NCBI GenBank assembly: GCA_039208735.1
Contig: JBCCQY010000059.1
Location: 1-46,753 of the forward strand
Direction: 5' to 3'
Length of the DNA stretch: 46,753 bases
Origin: Myxococcota bacterium
GTDB taxonomy: Bacteria; Myxococcota_A; UBA796; GCA-2862545
Part shown: piece after piece, positions 25,562 to 34,975 of the stretch
Position numbering within the stretch: the first letter of the stretch is position 1
How the letters are laid out: each line of letters begins with the position of its first letter
Notes under the pieces: model-generated
The model's input: the letters and a program-made list of their open reading frames with translations, nothing else
What the model was told of the DNA's origin: nothing
The model's database searches: none
Made by a program: the position numbers and the translations under genes

Positions 25562-28500
25562 TTAGGCCCGGCGGCGTCGGAGCAAGACGCCAAGTCCGGC
25601 GAGGGCCAGCCAGGCGAAGGAGGGCGAGCCGTTGGTCGAGCATCCGCCGCAACCTTCGGCCTCACCGTCCACCCCATCGCAGTTCTGATCGATGCCATCT
25701 TCCGCGACCTCGACGCCGTCAGGATTGACGTCGGCCGCCGCATCGTCACAGTCTCCATCGACGGTCACGGTGCCGTCAGGCTGGTCGCACGCCAGCACCT
25801 CGGCATCCCCAAAGCCATCGCCATCGGCGTCCACGTAGAACGCTTCCGCATCCACGGCGTCGTTGTCGACCGCATCGTCGCAGTTGTTGTCGATGCCGTC
25901 ACACACTTCCTCGGCTCCGGGGTTCCGCTGGGCGTCGGTGTCGTCGCACTCGTCGCAGACAGCAAAACCGTCGTTGTCGAGGTCGTCGTCACCGGACGCG
26001 CCGTCGCAGTTCGTGTCGCGACGGTCGGAACAATCCTCGGGCGCACCAGGGAAGACGACGTCGTCTTCGTCGTTGCAGTCGCCTGCGTCGGTCGCGAGAC
26101 CGGGCACCAGGTCGCACGCCAGCACTTCGGCATCCCCAAAGCCATCGGCATCGGCATCGACGTAGAAGGTCTGCTCACCAAGGGCGCCTGCCTCTTCGGC
26201 CTCGCCGTTGCAGTTCTCATCGATGTCGTTCGCGTCACAGACTTCGGCCTGACCGGGATTGACGAGTTCGAGGGTGTCGTCGCAGTCGCCCGCCGCGGCG
26301 ATGTAGCCGGCCGGCTGGTCACACTGGGCCAACGTCGCGTTCGGGTCGCCGTAGCCGTCGAGATCGGCATCGGCGTACCACGTGGGCGGATTGACCACGG
26401 CGACCACATCGATGTCGCCGTTGCAGTCATCGTCGATGGAGTTGCACACCTCGGCCGCGTTCGGATTCACCGCCGCACTGCCGTCGTTGCAGTCCCCATC
26501 GTTGGCAACAAAGCCGCTCGGCTGGGCACAGGCTTGCTGGCTCAAGGCGGGGTCGCCGAAGGCATCGCCGTCCACGTCGGCGTAGTAGGTCAACGCATCG
26601 ATGGCATCGATGCCGTCGGTCGACCCGTCGCAGTTGTCATCGAGCCCGTTGCAGGACTCGGTGCCATCCGGATTCACCGCCGAACGGGTGTCATCACAGT
26701 CGCCCGCGACGGTCACGAAGTCCGCCGGCTGCGCACACGCGCGCACCGTCGTCGTCCCGTCACCGAACCCATCGCTATCGGTGTCGGCGTAGTAGGTCCC
26801 TGCGTCGATGGCGTCGTCTTCATCGGCCGTGCCGTCACAGTCGTCGTCGAAGGTGTTGCAGAACTCCTCGGCCCCCGGATTCGTGGCCGCCCGACCGTCG
26901 TTGCAGTCGGTGTCGTCGCTCACAAAGCCCGCGGGCTGGACACACGCCCGCTCGCTAAGCGCCGAGTTGCCGTAGCCATCGTTGTCGGCGTCGCGGTACC
27001 ACGTGCCCGCATCAGACGCCGAGGGCTCATCGATCGTCGTGTCGCAGTTGTCGTCGATGTCGTTGCACACCTCGGTGGCACCTGGATTCACCGCGCTCAC
27101 CGCATCGTCACAGTCGGTGCTGTTCGCCACGAACCCATCCGGTGCCTCGCACGCCACCTGGAAGTCGGTCGCATCCCCGTAGGTGTCTTCGTCGTTGTCG
27201 GCGTACCACCGGCTCGCATCGATCGCGCTGGGGTCGTCGACCTGCAAGTCACAGTCATCGTCGATGGCGTTGCCGCAGACCTCATCGGCCCCCGGATTCA
27301 CCGCACCCGCCGCATCGTTGCAGTCTTCGGCGTTCGCGACGAACCCACCCGGCTGGCTACACGCGCGCTCGGTGGTGTCGGCATCGCCGTAGCCATCGCT
27401 GTCGGCGTCCGCGTACCAGGTGGACGCATCGGCCGAGCTGGCATCGTCGATCATCGTGTCGCAGTTGTCGTCGATGGCGTTGCACACCTCGGTCGCGTCG
27501 GGATTCACCGCCGCGGCTCCATCGTCGCAGTCGGTGTTGTTCGCCACGAAGCCGCCCGGCTGGTTGCACGCGATCTGGTTCACCGCCGCGTTGCCGAAGC
27601 CATCGGCATCGGTGTCGGCGTACCAGGTCGAGGCATCGGAAGCCGTCGGCTCGTCGATCGTCGCATCGCAGTTGTTGTCGATGCTGTCGCACACCTCGGT
27701 CGCGTCGGGGTTCACCGCCGCCGCACCATCATCACAGTCTCGGTTGTCGGCGACGAAGCCCGAAGGCTGGTTGCACGCAAGTTGATTCACCGCCGCGTTG
27801 CCGAAGCCATCGGCGTCGGTATCGGCGTACCAGGTCGAGGCATCGGAAGCCGTCGGCTCGTCGATCGTCGCATCGCAGTTGTTGTCGATGCTGTCGCACA
27901 CCTCGGTCGCGTCGGGGTTCACCGCCGCTGCACCATCGTCGCAGTCCCGGCTGTCCGAGACAAAGCCCGAAGGCTGGTTGCACGCAATCTGGTTCACCGC
28001 CGCGTTGCCGAAGCCATCGGCGTCGGTATCGGCGTACCAGGTCGAGGCATCGGACGCCGTCGGCTCATCGATCGTCGCATCGCAGTTGTTGTCGATGCTG
28101 TCGCACACTTCGGTCGCGTCGGGGTTCACCGCCGCCGCACCATCGTCGCAGTCCCGGTCGTCCGAAACGAAGCCCGATGGCTGGGTGCACGCAAGCTGGT
28201 TCACCGCCGCATTGCCAAAGCCATCGGCGTCGGTGTCGGCGTACCACGTCGATGCATCCGACGAACTCGGGTCATCGATCATCATGTCGCAGTTGTTGTC
28301 GATGCTGTCGCACATCTCGGTCGCGTCGGGGTTCACCGCCGCCGCACCGTCGTCGCAGTCCCGGTTGTCGGAGACAAAACCCGATGGCTGGACGCATTCA
28401 AGCTGACTGACGGCAGGGTTGCCAAAACCGTCGGCATCCGCGTCCGCGTACCAAGTGCTGGCGTCGACCGACAACGGCCCATCGGTGGTGCCGTTGCAAT

Positions 28501-31500
28501 CGTTGTCGAAGCTGTCGCACACTTCGGGGGCCCCGGGGAACACGAACGAACGAACGTCGTCGCAGTCCGTCGAATCGAGCACGAAGCCCAAGGGCTGGCT
28601 GCAGGCATCCTGCGGCACGGCGAGGTTTCCGAACCCGTCGTCGTCCGTGTCCGCGTAGTAGGTCGTCGCATCGGCCGAGGTCGAGGGGTCGATGGAACCA
28701 TTGCAATCGTTGTCGATCGAGTCGCAGACCTCGATGGCACCGGGGTTCACCGCCGCCGCACCATCGTCGCAATCCGTCGAATCCAACACGAAGCCCGCAA
28801 CCGGGCTGCAGGAGTTCTGGCTCATCGCCGCGTTGCCGTACAGGTCTCCGTCGAGGTCTTCGTAGTACGTCAATGCGTCGATCGACGACGCGTCATCGGT
28901 GTCGCCGTCGCAGTTGTTGTCGAAGCCATCGCACAGCTCGGCTTCACCGGGGTTGATGTCGACGTCACCATCGTTGCAGTCGGTGTTGTTAGCCACGAAG
29001 CCCGTGGGAGCCGCGCAATCGAACACCTCATCGGTGGCATCACCGAAGCCATCGCCATCGGTATCGGCGTAGAAGGGCGTCGCATCGGTGGCTTCACTGC
29101 CATCAATGTTGTTGTTGCAGTTGTCATCAAGGCCGTTGCAGATCTCAATGCCGTCGGGGTTGATCGAGGCAATCAGGTCGTCGCAGTCGGTGGCATCCGC
29201 CACAAAGCCCATGGGTTGCACACAATCGAGGGCGGTGACGTCGATGTCGCCAAATCCGTCACCGTCGCCATCGGCGTACCAGGTCAGGGCGTCGATGGCC
29301 GTGCCTCCGTCGGCGGTGCCGTCGCAGTCATTGTCGATGGCGTCACACACCTCGGTCGCACTGGGGTTGACCAGCGGGTCGAGGTCGTTGCAATCGTTGT
29401 CGCAGGTGGTCACGCCATCGGCGTCCTGGTCCTCGCAAATCGCCGCTCCGCCCTGGTTGAGCAGGTAGATGGGCTCGCTCACCGGGCCGACGGGGCGGCC
29501 TTGGGCATCGATCACGGCCGCCACGTAGGCGAGCGGCAACACGTCGTCGCCCGTAAATCCACCGTTCGCGGCCACGCCCGAGTAGTCGAAGCTTTGGGCG
29601 CCCACGCCATAGGTGATGTCGATCAGACCCGAGGCGGGGATGACGACGTCGATGTGCTGCCACTCGGCCGCGTTGTTGACGGGGAACGCAGGGTACAGCG
29701 TGTTGAGCCGTGAGTCGACGAGCGAATCGATGGTGATCTGACCCGTCGCCACGGTGGCACTGTTGCCCACAGGGTCGATGCCCTTGGCGAGCGAGATCCG
29801 AACCGTGTCGCCTGGCGTGCCGGTCACGATGACCTCAGGCACATCCACGCCGTAGACGCCAACGTCGCCCGGCAAGAAGCCGTCGACCTGAACGTCCGCC
29901 GTCGGTGCGGGCTGCAGCGCAATGGTCGACACCACGGTCTGGGCGCCCGCCTGCGAGCCATCATGGCCAAGCTGGGCGCTCGCGATCGTGCCATCGCCAA
30001 ACAAGATGGTGATCAACGAACCGGTGAGTTCGGCACCACTGATCCCGCCCACATCGAAGTTCGAGGTGCTGCCAACCTGGTTCGACGCCGTATCGACGGT
30101 CCCCTTCAGGAGGCCGGCAATCGAGTTGGGATCCATGTCGGAGCTAAAGCCAATGGTCTCGCCCGCATCGAAGCCGGTGAACAGCAGGAGCTGGCCCCGG
30201 AAGCCACCGCCGGCCTTCGGGCTCGGGAGGCTGTTGTTCGAGACCTCGTCGACAAAGAGGTTGTCTTCGTCGGTGAGGAGGTTCGGATTGAACGCATCCA
30301 GCGGATCGAAGCTGATGGACCGCGCGGGCAACGAGAGGTTCGGGTACGCGGTGACCGCCGGGTCGATGGGCAGGACATCCGCGGCGCCGGTGCTGAAGGT
30401 CAGCGCCTTGGTGACGTGGTCGCCGCCCGTGCCGTCACTGTCGAACACGGAGTCGGGGAACACCGCTCCGGTGACGTCGAGGTACACGGCCGCGATGCGC
30501 TTGGTCCCGGTGTTCTGAATGGTGAACGAGTTGTTGCCAAAGTTCGACGACTGCACATCGCTTACGTTGGGCGTGATCTGAACGAGCGCTTCGCCAATCC
30601 CCCCGAGGGGGTCGGTGGTGTCGATCAACGTCACCACACCGGGATCGAAGAACGCGTCGGTGGCGGGCGTTTCGGCCAACGGCGACCGCAAAATCGCAAA
30701 TGCGCTGATTTTGGGGTTCTGGACCACGCCCACGGTGGAGAGCGTCAATGAGCCGTCGGTCACCCGGATCGTCCGGGTGACGGTGAGCGCGGTGTCGATG
30801 GCTCCAACCTCGGCAAAGATGTCGAGGTTGTCGACCACCACTTGACCTTCGAGCAGCACGTCGAACACACGCTGACCGGGCATCGTGATCTGGTTGAAGA
30901 TCTCCGCGAACTCCATCTCGACGGTGTAGAGCCCGTTGGGCACCGCCACGTCGTAGGTGAAGCCTCCGGCCTGAAAACGCTCGGACTGGTACAGCCCATC
31001 ATCATCGGTGCCCGCCATGGGACGACCGGTGCTGAACATCATGCCGTTGTTGAAGTTGTCGGCCTGATAGACGCGGCCACTCTGGGCCACGACCTGGGGT
31101 CCACCTGCATTGACAGCGAGGACCAGCGGATTGGGGGTGCCGGCAAACGTAAAGTCCGAATTTGTGAATGCCGCATTGTCGTTGCCTGCCGCGTCGTTGA
31201 AGGCGCTCGCGGCAACGTCGACCGTGATGGTGTCGTTGGCCCAACCACCGATCGGCCGCACGCTGTACTCCGCGTAGGCCTGACCGCCACTGCCCGAAAC
31301 CACCAACTGCTGGTTGAGGATCTGCAGTGCCTGGCCCGTCGACGAAAACGTGACGTCGGACAGGTCGATGGAGGACGGATCGAGCTGCTGGTCATCCGTG
31401 AAGGTGACGGTGACGTCCAGCGGATCGTCGAAGAACACCGGTGGGTCGTACGACACCGCGATCGACGGAGCCTGGTTGTCGAGCACGAAGTCGTAAATCG

Positions 31501-34500
31501 CGAAGGCCGAAATCTGCGGATTCTCGATTTCGGGGGTGGTGGTCAGCGTGAGCATGCCGTCGGCAACGCTCACGATGAAGGTCTTGATGAGCGCCGTTTC
31601 GGCTCCCGCCTCGGCGAAGATGTCGAAGTCGTCCAGCACCTTGGTGCCCTCGAGTTCCACATCGAACACCCGCCCGCCCACGGTGAAGTTGGGCGCGTAG
31701 CTCTCGACGAAGTGCATCTGCACAAGGTATGAGCCGTTGTTCACCGGCACGTCATAGGTGAACCCACCGGGCGCCCACCGCTCGACCTGGTACAGCGCGT
31801 CATCATCGGTTCCGGCGATGGCCGCCGTCGTCGAAGCCGTGTTGCCGTTCATGAACATGTCTTCGCTGAACACCGTGCCGTCGAGCGCGGTGTAAGCGAG
31901 GCCGCCTGCATTGACGGCGGTGACGAGCGCGCCCTGGCCCTGGCCAAAGCCGCTGATCGCGATGTCATCGAAGTCAGCTTCGAACGTCTGGCCTTGCCCA
32001 TTGGTCACCGACGACAGCACGCCGACGGCGAATCCGGTCTGGAGCAGCGCGCCGGTGTCGGTCGGCAGCATAAGCACGCCCTGCAGAGCATCCCAGGCAT
32101 CGCCGGTCAGCCCCACATCGAGACCCGTGCCGGTCGTCGACACCCCATTGATCTCGTAGGTCCAGTGGGGCGTGACCATACCGGTGACACGGTCCACGTC
32201 GAGGCCGAGGGTCACCGTATCGGTCGCCGTCACGCCGCTAAGGCCCGCCACCGGGTACCAATCGATAGTCGGCGTAGTCGCACCCACAAAGGCAAAGGCG
32301 AACTGGCTTTCGACCTCAAAACCGAGGTCGCCGTTCGAGCGCCGTACCAGCGATACCGACACGTAGTTGTCTTGGTCGCCGGCACCGACGAACAGGCCCT
32401 GCCGGGCTTCCGCGTTGGCGGGCAAGTTGCTGATCTCATCGAGGAAGTTGTCGATGTTCGTGGTGACATCGAAGTTGGTCAGCGTCGAAACAGGGTTGAT
32501 GCCAAACTGGAACCCGTTGCGCTGCGTATTCGCCCCAGGCGTGCCTTCATCGACCGCCTTGACCTGCAAAATACCTGGCGCACCACCGTAGATCACGTTC
32601 TGGAGGTCGGTAAGGGTCTCGGGCAGGCCCTGTCGGTTCGTCATGACTCCGGTAAAGCCGATGCCACCGCCGTTGTAGAGGCCACCCGTACCGTCGTACC
32701 AGGCTGGGCTGTCGTTGGGGGGCGTGCTGTTCGCGCTGAGCGAGAAGTCCCACACAAAGGTGTCGCCCGCCCGTACCAAGTCGACGTAGCCATTGTAGGG
32801 GTCGACGGGGAAGGGGTCGAACGTGTCATCGAGCCCATCGACATCGCGATCGTTGGGGTTCGGGTTCACGCCCTGACCTTGGTCAGGCGAAAGGATGACG
32901 ATTTGATCGGCCCCGTAGGCGGCCACGAAGATGACGCCAGGAAAGGGATCGGAGGGGCCCTGGGCCTTCACATCGAGAGGGTTGGACGTCAGGCTACGCG
33001 CCTCGACGGTGTCGACATCACCATTGGCGTCGAGCGTCAGGGCGGTGATCTGGCCGCTGAAGCTCACGGTGAGCAGCGCGTTCTGTAGACCACCGGCGGC
33101 CGTGTACTCGTCAATGCCGTTGGTCGACGTATTGAACGAGTACAACGAACCATCCGGCCCGTTCTTGATGCCGGTCTGGCGGGCCGGCGCCTTGAACACT
33201 TCCTGGCGAAGGTCGATGTGGGCTGCGCCTAGCGTGTCGAAGCCGGTGAGATCGCCACCGTTCAAGATGAGCGGGCCCACGTCGACGGGCAGTGCGGTCG
33301 TCACGATAGACCCATTGACGATGTCGAGCGGAGTGCCCGTGGCCACGCCGTAGGGGTTGTTGTTCGCTGCGTAAAGGTAGACACCAGCCGCGATGCCGCG
33401 GGCCCGGTAGAGGTTGGGGTGCCCCCCGTACAACGATTGGTCGTAGGCGGGAATCGTAAAACCTGAGCCCACGCGGTGGAGCTGGTCGCCCTTGTTGACC
33501 TGCCCCGACTCGTTGGACAGGTTGACCGCCGGCCCGTTGTCGGCCAGGCCATCGTTGTTGGCATCGGTGATTTCGGCGCCGAGCGCGTTGAGGGGCACCC
33601 CGCCCCAGCCCCCGTTCGAGCCATTGTCACAGGTATAAACGTCGTTGTTGGCCGCGACCGTCACATCATACTGGTTGCGGTAGCCAACCCCATAGAGCTC
33701 CACGACGCCCGTGGTATCGAAGATGGCCTGGTTTAGACCATCATTTCCGCCGAACACATCGGCCGTTGCCACGCCACTGCCATCCAGGTCACCTCCGTTC
33801 GTGTCATCGAGGCGCGTGGGGTCGTTCAGGGTCGGCAGATCGAAGAGGTATTCGTGAACGTCGCCCGGGGCCGGCACGTAGGTCGACGGACCAGCCTGCT
33901 CGATGATGTCGAGGGCTTCGAGGTCGATCGAGACAACCGAGCCCGAGTAGAAGTATTCAGGTGTGTACGCAAAGTTGTTGCCCTGGGCACCCGCGTTCGT
34001 GCTCCCCCCAATCGCCACCAACAAGATCTGGTCGCCGTTGGGCTTGGTGACCAGCTCGAGGCCATTGATGGAGTGGTTCTCCTCGGACTTCGGAAAGCCG
34101 CGAACCAGGTCGAGCCGCTCCCACATGGGATCGCCGTTGCTGTCGAGCATCGGGGCGCCCATCGCATCGACCTGCATTTGGACACGGCTCACCACGCCCG
34201 AGTTCGTGTCGAGGTTGGTGTCGGTGCCAACGGCCACCCGAGGGTCGCTCGATGTGACATAGAGCATCACGTTGCCGAACGCATCGGTCGTCGTCACCGC
34301 ACCGGTGACTTGTCGATTGTTGACGTTGGCTTCGTAGCGGCCTTGGTCATCGTGGTTCGGCATGTTCTGCACGACATTGATGTCGTACCGGCCGGTGACT
34401 TGCCAGGTTTCAACCTGAACGTTGCCGACGGTTGAAAATTGGCGGCTGACCGTGAGCACGGCGATGAGTCCGTTCTGCTGGGTCACATAGATTTTTCCAT

Positions 34501-34666
34501 CCGCCCCCACGTTCACCGTCGTGGGATTGTTCAGGGTGACCCCTTGCAACGCAAGTTGCGTAAAGTCCGCCAACGATTGCGGCACGCTTTGGGCGAGCGC
34601 AGGACTGGCCGAAAACCACCCTGCACACGCGGCCGCGAGGATGACGGCCCATCTTCGCATGCTCAT
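25562..34666 (-). CDS. Giant secreted surface protein (~3034 aa): propeller-like N-terminus, two malectin domains, ~19 MopE-like Cys/Asp metal-binding repeats, MYXO-CTERM-type anchor
   Basis: Signal peptide MSMRRWAVILAAACAGWFSASPALA; two malectin motifs (AVNAGG...GTDDD.LYQ.ER...RVFDV.LEG...P.ISA); repeats DCDD...VNPGA.EVCD.IDNNCDG; C-terminus GCGGCST...FAWLALAGLGVLLRRRRA. GGAGG SD. Confidence 0.9.
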   Translation of the reverse strand: MSMRRWAVILAAACAGWFSASPALAQSVPQSLADFTQLALQGVTLNNPTTVNVGADGKIYVTQQNGLIAVLTVSRQFSTVGNVQVETWQVTGRYDINVVQNMPNHDDQGRYEANVNNRQVTGAVTTTDAFGNVMLYVTSSDPRVAVGTDTNLDTNSGVVSRVQMQVDAMGAPMLDSNGDPMWERLDLVRGFPKSEENHSINGLELVTKPNGDQILLVAIGGSTNAGAQGNNFAYTPEYFYSGSVVSIDLEALDIIEQAGPSTYVPAPGDVHEYLFDLPTLNDPTRLDDTNGGDLDGSGVATADVFGGNDGLNQAIFDTTGVVELYGVGYRNQYDVTVAANNDVYTCDNGSNGGWGGVPLNALGAEITDANNDGLADNGPAVNLSNESGQVNKGDQLHRVGSGFTIPAYDQSLYGGHPNLYRARGIAAGVYLYAANNNPYGVATGTPLDIVNGSIVTTALPVDVGPLILNGGDLTGFDTLGAAHIDLRQEVFKAPARQTGIKNGPDGSLYSFNTSTNGIDEYTAAGGLQNALLTVSFSGQITALTLDANGDVDTVEARSLTSNPLDVKAQGPSDPFPGVIFVAAYGADQIVILSPDQGQGVNPNPNDRDVDGLDDTFDPFPVDPYNGYVDLVRAGDTFVWDFSLSANSTPPNDSPAWYDGTGGLYNGGGIGFTGVMTNRQGLPETLTDLQNVIYGGAPGILQVKAVDEGTPGANTQRNGFQFGINPVSTLTNFDVTTNIDNFLDEISNLPANAEARQGLFVGAGDQDNYVSVSLVRRSNGDLGFEVESQFAFAFVGATTPTIDWYPVAGLSGVTATDTVTLGLDVDRVTGMVTPHWTYEINGVSTTGTGLDVGLTGDAWDALQGVLMLPTDTGALLQTGFAVGVLSSVTNGQGQTFEADFDDIAISGFGQGQGALVTAVNAGGLAYTALDGTVFSEDMFMNGNTASTTAAIAGTDDDALYQVERWAPGGFTYDVPVNNGSYLVQMHFVESYAPNFTVGGRVFDVELEGTKVLDDFDIFAEAGAETALIKTFIVSVADGMLTLTTTPEIENPQISAFAIYDFVLDNQAPSIAVSYDPPVFFDDPLDVTVTFTDDQQLDPSSIDLSDVTFSSTGQALQILNQQLVVSGSGGQAYAEYSVRPIGGWANDTITVDVAASAFNDAAGNDNAAFTNSDFTFAGTPNPLVLAVNAGGPQVVAQSGRVYQADNFNNGMMFSTGRPMAGTDDDGLYQSERFQAGGFTYDVAVPNGLYTVEMEFAEIFNQITMPGQRVFDVLLEGQVVVDNLDIFAEVGAIDTALTVTRTIRVTDGSLTLSTVGVVQNPKISAFAILRSPLAETPATDAFFDPGVVTLIDTTDPLGGIGEALVQITPNVSDVQSSNFGNNSFTIQNTGTKRIAAVYLDVTGAVFPDSVFDSDGTGGDHVTKALTFSTGAADVLPIDPAVTAYPNLSLPARSISFDPLDAFNPNLLTDEDNLFVDEVSNNSLPSPKAGGGFRGQLLLFTGFDAGETIGFSSDMDPNSIAGLLKGTVDTASNQVGSTSNFDVGGISGAELTGSLITILFGDGTIASAQLGHDGSQAGAQTVVSTIALQPAPTADVQVDGFLPGDVGVYGVDVPEVIVTGTPGDTVRISLAKGIDPVGNSATVATGQITIDSLVDSRLNTLYPAFPVNNAAEWQHIDVVIPASGLIDITYGVGAQSFDYSGVAANGGFTGDDVLPLAYVAAVIDAQGRPVGPVSEPIYLLNQGGAAICEDQDADGVTTCDNDCNDLDPLVNPSATEVCDAIDNDCDGTADGGTAIDALTWYADGDGDGFGDIDVTALDCVQPMGFVADATDCDDLIASINPDGIEICNGLDDNCNNNIDGSEATDATPFYADTDGDGFGDATDEVFDCAAPTGFVANNTDCNDGDVDINPGEAELCDGFDNNCDGDTDDASSIDALTYYEDLDGDLYGNAAMSQNSCSPVAGFVLDSTDCDDGAAAVNPGAIEVCDSIDNDCNGSIDPSTSADATTYYADTDDDGFGNLAVPQDACSQPLGFVLDSTDCDDVRSFVFPGAPEVCDSFDNDCNGTTDGPLSVDASTWYADADADGFGNPAVSQLECVQPSGFVSDNRDCDDGAAAVNPDATEMCDSIDNNCDMMIDDPSSSDASTWYADTDADGFGNAAVNQLACTQPSGFVSDDRDCDDGAAAVNPDATEVCDSIDNNCDATIDEPTASDASTWYADTDADGFGNAAVNQIACNQPSGFVSDSRDCDDGAAAVNPDATEVCDSIDNNCDATIDEPTASDASTWYADTDADGFGNAAVNQLACNQPSGFVADNRDCDDGAAAVNPDATEVCDSIDNNCDATIDEPTASDASTWYADTDADGFGNAAVNQIACNQPGGFVANNTDCDDGAAAVNPDATEVCNAIDDNCDTMIDDASSADASTWYADADSDGYGDADTTERACSQPGGFVANAEDCNDAAGAVNPGADEVCGNAIDDDCDLQVDDPSAIDASRWYADNDEDTYGDATDFQVACEAPDGFVANSTDCDDAVSAVNPGATEVCNDIDDNCDTTIDEPSASDAGTWYRDADNDGYGNSALSERACVQPAGFVSDDTDCNDGRAATNPGAEEFCNTFDDDCDGTADEDDAIDAGTYYADTDSDGFGDGTTTVRACAQPADFVTVAGDCDDTRSAVNPDGTESCNGLDDNCDGSTDGIDAIDALTYYADVDGDAFGDPALSQQACAQPSGFVANDGDCNDGSAAVNPNAAEVCNSIDDDCNGDIDVVAVVNPPTWYADADLDGYGDPNATLAQCDQPAGYIAAAGDCDDTLELVNPGQAEVCDANDIDENCNGEAEEAGALGEQTFYVDADADGFGDAEVLACDLVPGLATDAGDCNDEDDVVFPGAPEDCSDRRDTNCDGASGDDDLDNDGFAVCDECDDTDAQRNPGAEEVCDGIDNNCDDAVDNDAVDAEAFYVDADGDGFGDAEVLACDQPDGTVTVDGDCDDAAADVNPDGVEVAEDGIDQNCDGVDGEAEGCGGCSTNGSPSFAWLALAGLGVLLRRRRA
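27460..28400. repeat. Intragenic 207-bp tandem repeat (69-aa unit), ~4-5 near-identical copies within a longer degenerate array (~25680-29440)
   Basis: cgcagttgttgtcgatgctgtcgcaca recurs at 27667, 27874, 28081 and 28288, an exact 207-nt period. Confidence 0.9.
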
Positions 34667-34975
34667 GATCTGCCTCCGAATACCTAAAAGGGGAGACCCA
34701 CCCCGCAGATGGGTCTGACAACTTTGCCCAGCGCCCCTAATCCACCCGGAGACCAAAAATGTTACGCAGGGTTTCAGCCCATGCAATTTTGGCGAATTTC
34801 CACGATCATTCAGGTTTTGCCATCCGTGGACTTGGGGTGACGAGATCCCCCGCTCGGCTGCTACATTTTCGCCACACTTTTTTTGCACGACCGGAGCGAT
34901 CACCCCGCTGACCTTGACGGTGCCGCGCGTTGGGGTGAGTCTCAGCCTGGTTCCGGGTGGGGAGGAGGCGGGAAG

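Noticed and set aside
27460..28400. Regular repeats considered as a CRISPR array
   Set aside because: They are 207-bp in-frame coding repeats with no unique spacers, and there are no cas genes.
26534..29713. 1059-aa plus-strand ORF, and similar ones at 27142-28410 and 31994-33088
   Set aside because: Antisense shadows of the repetitive, GC-biased giant gene; the Val/Arg/Gly-rich translation has no domain signature.
34681..34860. c-di-GMP riboswitch upstream of the giant surface protein
   Set aside because: GGCAAA and GAAA words are present but the paired P1/P2 consensus could not be assembled.
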